Source of the DNA: a virus
Taxonomy: Duplodnaviria > Caudoviricetes
IMG/VR virus record: IMGVR_UViG_3300028797_000156
Location: 1-64,000 of that record
Strand: one strand, 5' to 3'
DNA length: 64,000 nt
The position numbers were made by a program, and so were the translations under genes. Positions within the stretch are counted from its first letter, which is position 1, and every line of letters starts with the position of its first letter. Positions 60,338 through 64,000 of this stretch are shown in pieces. Below the pieces are notes generated by a model. It had not been told where the DNA came from, ran no database searches, and saw nothing but the letters and a program-made list of their open reading frames with translations.

Positions 60338-61426
60338 ATGGCTATATCGTTTCAAAGCGGTATCAGAGAGTACAACGGTGACTTGTCACAGTATACTGGT
60401 ATGTTAGGTGGTCTCACACCTGACATCCATACTCTCCGATCACTTAACCCAGAAACCACAAACAGAGTTATTTGTGTAATGTATAGAGGACCATTCTTCC
60501 TTATGCACTATTTCTCACCAAAGAATGCATATGATCCGAGATCACCTTTCGGAACATATAAGAAGATCATCGAATACTACAACATGGGTATCACTGCAAA
60601 CATCGGTGATGCACAGCTTGGTACAACACAGCTCCAGGGTGGTTTTGCTGGTAGAACAATTCCGATTCCAACAACACAGAATACTCAGCAGGGTCAGCAG
60701 CTTACCATCGCAGTTCCTGAACTCGTTGGTAGACCGATGGCTAACATCCACAACATGTGGGTTGACGGTATCGCAGACCAGATCACTGGTTTGACAACAT
60801 ACCACGGCCTCGTTGCTGGTTCAGTTGATGAAAGCAATGTACCGCACAGAATCTTCGCTCCTAACGAGAATGAATCAAGCATCGCTCTTGAACCATCTCC
60901 AGCTTGGGAAGTTGCAGAATTCTTGCTCATTGCTCTTGACAGATCTGGTGCTCGTGTAGAAGCTGCTATTGCTGCCCTTGGCTGTACTCCAGCTACAAAG
61001 GTTGGTAATGACATCTTCAACTCAAACAACCAGGGTCAGTCACAGCTCCAGCAGCTCCAGTTGACATTCAACTGCCAGTTCGTACAGTCAGCTTACATTA
61101 ATGACCTTGCGTCAAGATATGTTAAGCAGTTTGCTGTATTTGGTAATTCACTCAACTACAATCCAGGTGCTGGCGACGCATTCTTCAAGGATGCTACATC
61201 TACAAAGATCGACCACGCTATGTTCAACAACGGCGAGAGACCATATCTCGATGCTGTACAGTCTGGACTTGGAAATGCACCAGTTATGTATGCAAATCCG
61301 CGTGACGTTCAGCGTGATGCTATCAAGCCACATGCAGTTGACGTTGCAGATCACTCAAGAATCTGGACAGACAACACTAAGTACAAGGATATTTCAAACC
61401 CATACGAGGGTGTTCCGAATATCTGA
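60338..61426 (+). CDS. Tail tube protein (362 aa)
   Basis: Follows the sheath; beta-rich LTIAVPEL...MW-DGI-D-ITG pattern typical of jumbo-phage tubes. Confidence 0.6.
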   Translation: MAISFQSGIREYNGDLSQYTGMLGGLTPDIHTLRSLNPETTNRVICVMYRGPFFLMHYFSPKNAYDPRSPFGTYKKIIEYYNMGITANIGDAQLGTTQLQGGFAGRTIPIPTTQNTQQGQQLTIAVPELVGRPMANIHNMWVDGIADQITGLTTYHGLVAGSVDESNVPHRIFAPNENESSIALEPSPAWEVAEFLLIALDRSGARVEAAIAALGCTPATKVGNDIFNSNNQGQSQLQQLQLTFNCQFVQSAYINDLASRYVKQFAVFGNSLNYNPGAGDAFFKDATSTKIDHAMFNNGERPYLDAVQSGLGNAPVMYANPRDVQRDAIKPHAVDVADHSRIWTDNTKYKDISNPYEGVPNI

Positions 61427-61470
61427 TATACCAGTTGTTCATAGATATTACCTCCAAAAAAAGAACATGT

Positions 61471-61496
61471 ATCCCAGGGCCATATGGCCCTGGGAT
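61471..61496. terminator. Bidirectional terminator (26-bp perfect palindrome)
   Basis: ATCCCAGGGCCATATGGCCCTGGGAT between convergent genes. Confidence 0.8.
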
Positions 61497-61511
61497 TATG
61501 TGTTCCTTTTC

Positions 61512-61901
61512 TCATATCAAACAGAATATTTCATAGATATCGAATCTTTCATATACGAGTTTGGTACTTACATATCGTATACCATCGTATGTGAAGAATC
61601 CGACACCTACATTTTCCAACTTTTTATCCGTTTTGGTTGCTAACTTCTTTGACAAGATAACACCATCTTCCAAAATCGTTGGTTTCTTTGCTGAAGCAAC
61701 TACATTACGTTCATAATATTTATAATTTGCATTCATCGCTTCATGAACAAGTTCAGAATTATCAATTGTATCTATCAAATTCCAATCAAAATCATCACTT
61801 AATTCATCAGCTAACGTATCATCTTTAATTTTTACATAATATCGATAGTTCTTTGGTAAATGAGAGATGATTAGCTCATCGCCAGTTAATGCTTTTGCCA
61901 T
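61512..61901 (-). CDS. Hypothetical protein
   Basis: GGAGGT RBS. Confidence 0.65.
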   Translation of the reverse strand: MAKALTGDELIISHLPKNYRYYVKIKDDTLADELSDDFDWNLIDTIDNSELVHEAMNANYKYYERNVVASAKKPTILEDGVILSKKLATKTDKKLENVGVGFFTYDGIRYVSTKLVYERFDIYEIFCLI

Positions 61902-61902
61902 T

Positions 61903-62598
61903 TTATACCTCCGAAGGTTTGAATAATAGACTAGTGAACGCCGAAACGTATCCTTTTATGGTAAAAGGTAGTGGTTCTTTATTGGTTATTTTCTTAAGTT
62001 CACTCTGCATATGATCATAAATTTCAGCATCATCTGGAGCTGGTGGATCATCTCGCCATATATCATCTTCATCTGCTGAATCACTTGGATCATATGGTGC
62101 TTCACCGAAGTTGAAATGCTTATGAACTTGATAATACATCTTATCAGTGTTATCATCAGCTCCATTTCTTAACTGATTATCCAAAACTGTACCGAATTCC
62201 AGATCGTCAATCAAATCATTTAATGCACGGAAGATTGGAATCTCTGTTAATGAGATAACATCACCAAAAAGTGAGATATCTGATAACACGGAGCATATAT
62301 TAGTGGCGATTATCTCGATAAGTTGCTGAGATGATGGAATCGAATAATTATTATTAGTTTCATTATCTGATAAAATCCAATATTTTAAGTCAGTTTCATC
62401 CATTCTATCAGATATTTTGTCTGGAACGTGTTCAATATCATATGTTTTGACATAATCCATTGCATCATAAGTCAAATGAGTGTTGACAAACTTCTGAATC
62501 ATCGCAATATGTGGTGATGTCACTGTTATTGTGCTATTTTCATGACCTGGAGTATTGAATGTCAATACATGAATCAATTCTGGCTCTTGAATTTCCAT
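61903..62598 (-). CDS. Hypothetical acidic protein
   Basis: GGAGGT RBS. Confidence 0.65.
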   Translation of the reverse strand: MEIQEPELIHVLTFNTPGHENSTITVTSPHIAMIQKFVNTHLTYDAMDYVKTYDIEHVPDKISDRMDETDLKYWILSDNETNNNYSIPSSQQLIEIIATNICSVLSDISLFGDVISLTEIPIFRALNDLIDDLEFGTVLDNQLRNGADDNTDKMYYQVHKHFNFGEAPYDPSDSADEDDIWRDDPPAPDDAEIYDHMQSELKKITNKEPLPFTIKGYVSAFTSLLFKPSEV

Positions 62599-63299
62599 GA
62601 TTTTACCTCCTGAATCGTTAATTGAGCTATAAAAGCGGTTAATTCCAGATTACTGAATTTATATACACCATTTCGACCGAATGGATGATAATAATATTCA
62701 GGTAATTTGTTCTGAAGATACTGCTTTTGGAACCTTGATATGTATTTTAACACATTTTCATCATAATTTTCAATATATTCGAAAACTCGCTTCAAATATA
62801 CGTTAAAACCCAGTGTATGTTGCTGTACTAACTCCTCTGGAACGTTCTTATAGTCAATATAATTGTTTTTTATATCGTTTTTATAGAACATTTCTATACC
62901 TTTATATCTAATATAAGAATTCCATTCATTTTTCTTACGAAAGTTGACACCTTCTATGTTAGATGTAATCTTTTTGTTTGTATTTAATATACAAGCATCA
63001 GAATGTAATGATAATATGTCATCCTGAGTGAGATTATTGCGTTCTATGAACTTTTTACGCATATTGCGTATTCCAGCCAATAAGTTTTCAGAAAACATCT
63101 TATCTTCTCTCTGGAGTTTACCCATTTTTACTGTTCTTTTCTCTTTTGGCATGAGTTTGAGCTCATTTATTACTTCTTGTGGTAACAAACCATCATGTTC
63201 ACAAACTGAAACGGATGCAGCTTCCATATCGTACTCTTGTACGTGAGCATGGAAGATAAATTGGATATTCTCATTATTCCATAACATTTTATCATGCAT
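62574..63299 (-). CDS. Small protein with family-B-polymerase-like palm motifs (241 aa)
   Basis: Start moved to 63299 (GGAGGT). EYDMEAASVS resembles motif A and ILSLHSDACIL resembles motif C; weak similarity only. Confidence 0.35.
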   Translation of the reverse strand: MHDKMLWNNENIQFIFHAHVQEYDMEAASVSVCEHDGLLPQEVINELKLMPKEKRTVKMGKLQREDKMFSENLLAGIRNMRKKFIERNNLTQDDILSLHSDACILNTNKKITSNIEGVNFRKKNEWNSYIRYKGIEMFYKNDIKNNYIDYKNVPEELVQQHTLGFNVYLKRVFEYIENYDENVLKYISRFQKQYLQNKLPEYYYHPFGRNGVYKFSNLELTAFIAQLTIQEVKSWKFKSQN

Positions 63300-63344
63300 A
63301 ATTCTACCTCCATATATTAACACTTTATGTGTTTCATTCAAATA

Positions 63345-63364
63345 AATAATATATTTATGTAAAG
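63345..63364 (-). promoter_or_regulatory. Putative early promoter
   Basis: TTTTACATAAATATATTATT upstream of 63299. Confidence 0.6.
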
Positions 63365-63377
63365 GAGATTTTCTATT

Positions 63378-64000
63378 ATGAATACGACATTTAATGATCC
63401 ATTAGATGAGCTTATCAACAAGCATCGTGCTGCTAATGGCGAAGCCGTTGAAATTCCGATTGAACCGGAAACAACAGAAGAACCAAAAGCATTTGCTCCG
63501 GCAATTGAACCAGCTGAAAGAGATAAGCCAGAACTCGATATCAATTTCGGTGATGATGATCTCGAAGCTGAAATTGCTGCAGAAGATGCTGCTCGTGAAG
63601 CTGCAAGACGTGAAAAATATGAAGCTATGAAGGCTGCTCAGGCAGAAACAGCTCCACAGCTTAACGCATTACCACCTCAGCCACATGATGCAAAGAAACA
63701 GGCTGAAGAAGTTGATTTCCAGGCTGATAAACTCGGTCTCGTAACTGGAATGGTTAACCGCGTAGTTGCTAAGTATAAGCTCTTCACAGGTAGTATTCCG
63801 GATGACATCAGAATGAAGGTTATGGGTGAACTCATCGACCTTTATCACAACTACGGCGAAACAATCTCTCCAGAATTTGAAGATACAATCATCAATAACT
63901 GGATCATGGAGGATGGTACTCCAGCAAGAGATTATATCAATAACGGCATGACAATCGAAATCGAAAAAGACCCCGATGCTGCTTATGCTAATAAGAAACC
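63378..64000 (+). CDS. Acidic hypothetical protein, truncated by the window edge (absent from the ORF track)
   Basis: AAGGAG RBS, ATG at 63378 (MNTTFNDPLDELINKH...), open to the end; codon style like the sheath gene. Confidence 0.75.
   Translation, partial: MNTTFNDPLDELINKHRAANGEAVEIPIEPETTEEPKAFAPAIEPAERDKPELDINFGDDDLEAEIAAEDAAREAARREKYEAMKAAQAETAPQLNALPPQPHDAKKQAEEVDFQADKLGLVTGMVNRVVAKYKLFTGSIPDDIRMKVMGELIDLYHNYGETISPEFEDTIINNWIMEDGTPARDYINNGMTIEIEKDPDAAYANKK

Noticed and set aside
572-63630. Numerous 60-170 aa ORFs in the track that overlap long genes (e.g. 1223-1438, 1699-2004, 3223-3636, 35442-35954, 58517-59392, 61101-61643)
   Set aside because: They are shadow frames of longer genes, lack RBSs and have atypical composition.
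1-64000. Stop-codon reassignment
   Set aside because: Conserved genes (dut, nrdG, RNAP subunits, sheath) read through intact under the standard code, and TAA, TAG and TGA all end genes.

Overview
A 64-kb slice of an AT-rich jumbo myophage genome of the phiKZ/AR9-like type (encodes its own split multisubunit RNA polymerase). Strong GGAGG Shine-Dalgarno sites and anaerobic ribonucleotide reductase point to an anaerobic Bacillota host (inference). Layout: (1) 1-22.5 kb late tail/baseplate block, including a dUTPase and a tandemly duplicated two-gene tail-appendage cassette; (2) 22.7-26.4 kb nrdD, interrupted by an ORF-less 302-nt group I intron immediately before the catalytic Cys codon, then a free-standing NUMOD4-HNH gene and nrdG; (3) 26.4-53.1 kb minus-strand block preceded by repeated TATATTATT motifs (putative early promoters), with arrays of diverged paralogs, an RNA ligase, an HExxH metallopeptidase, two BCS1-like AAA+ ATPases among membrane proteins, an RNAP beta-prime C-terminal subunit and a gyrB split into two genes; (4) 53.4-64 kb RNAP beta-prime N-terminal subunit, probable tail sheath and tube, and a small PolB-like protein. 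The most unexplained non-coding feature is a run of five back-to-back inverted repeats at 27854-28077. No CRISPR array, tRNA, integrase or reverse transcriptase was recognised. All family assignments come from motif recognition by eye; no database searches were run.
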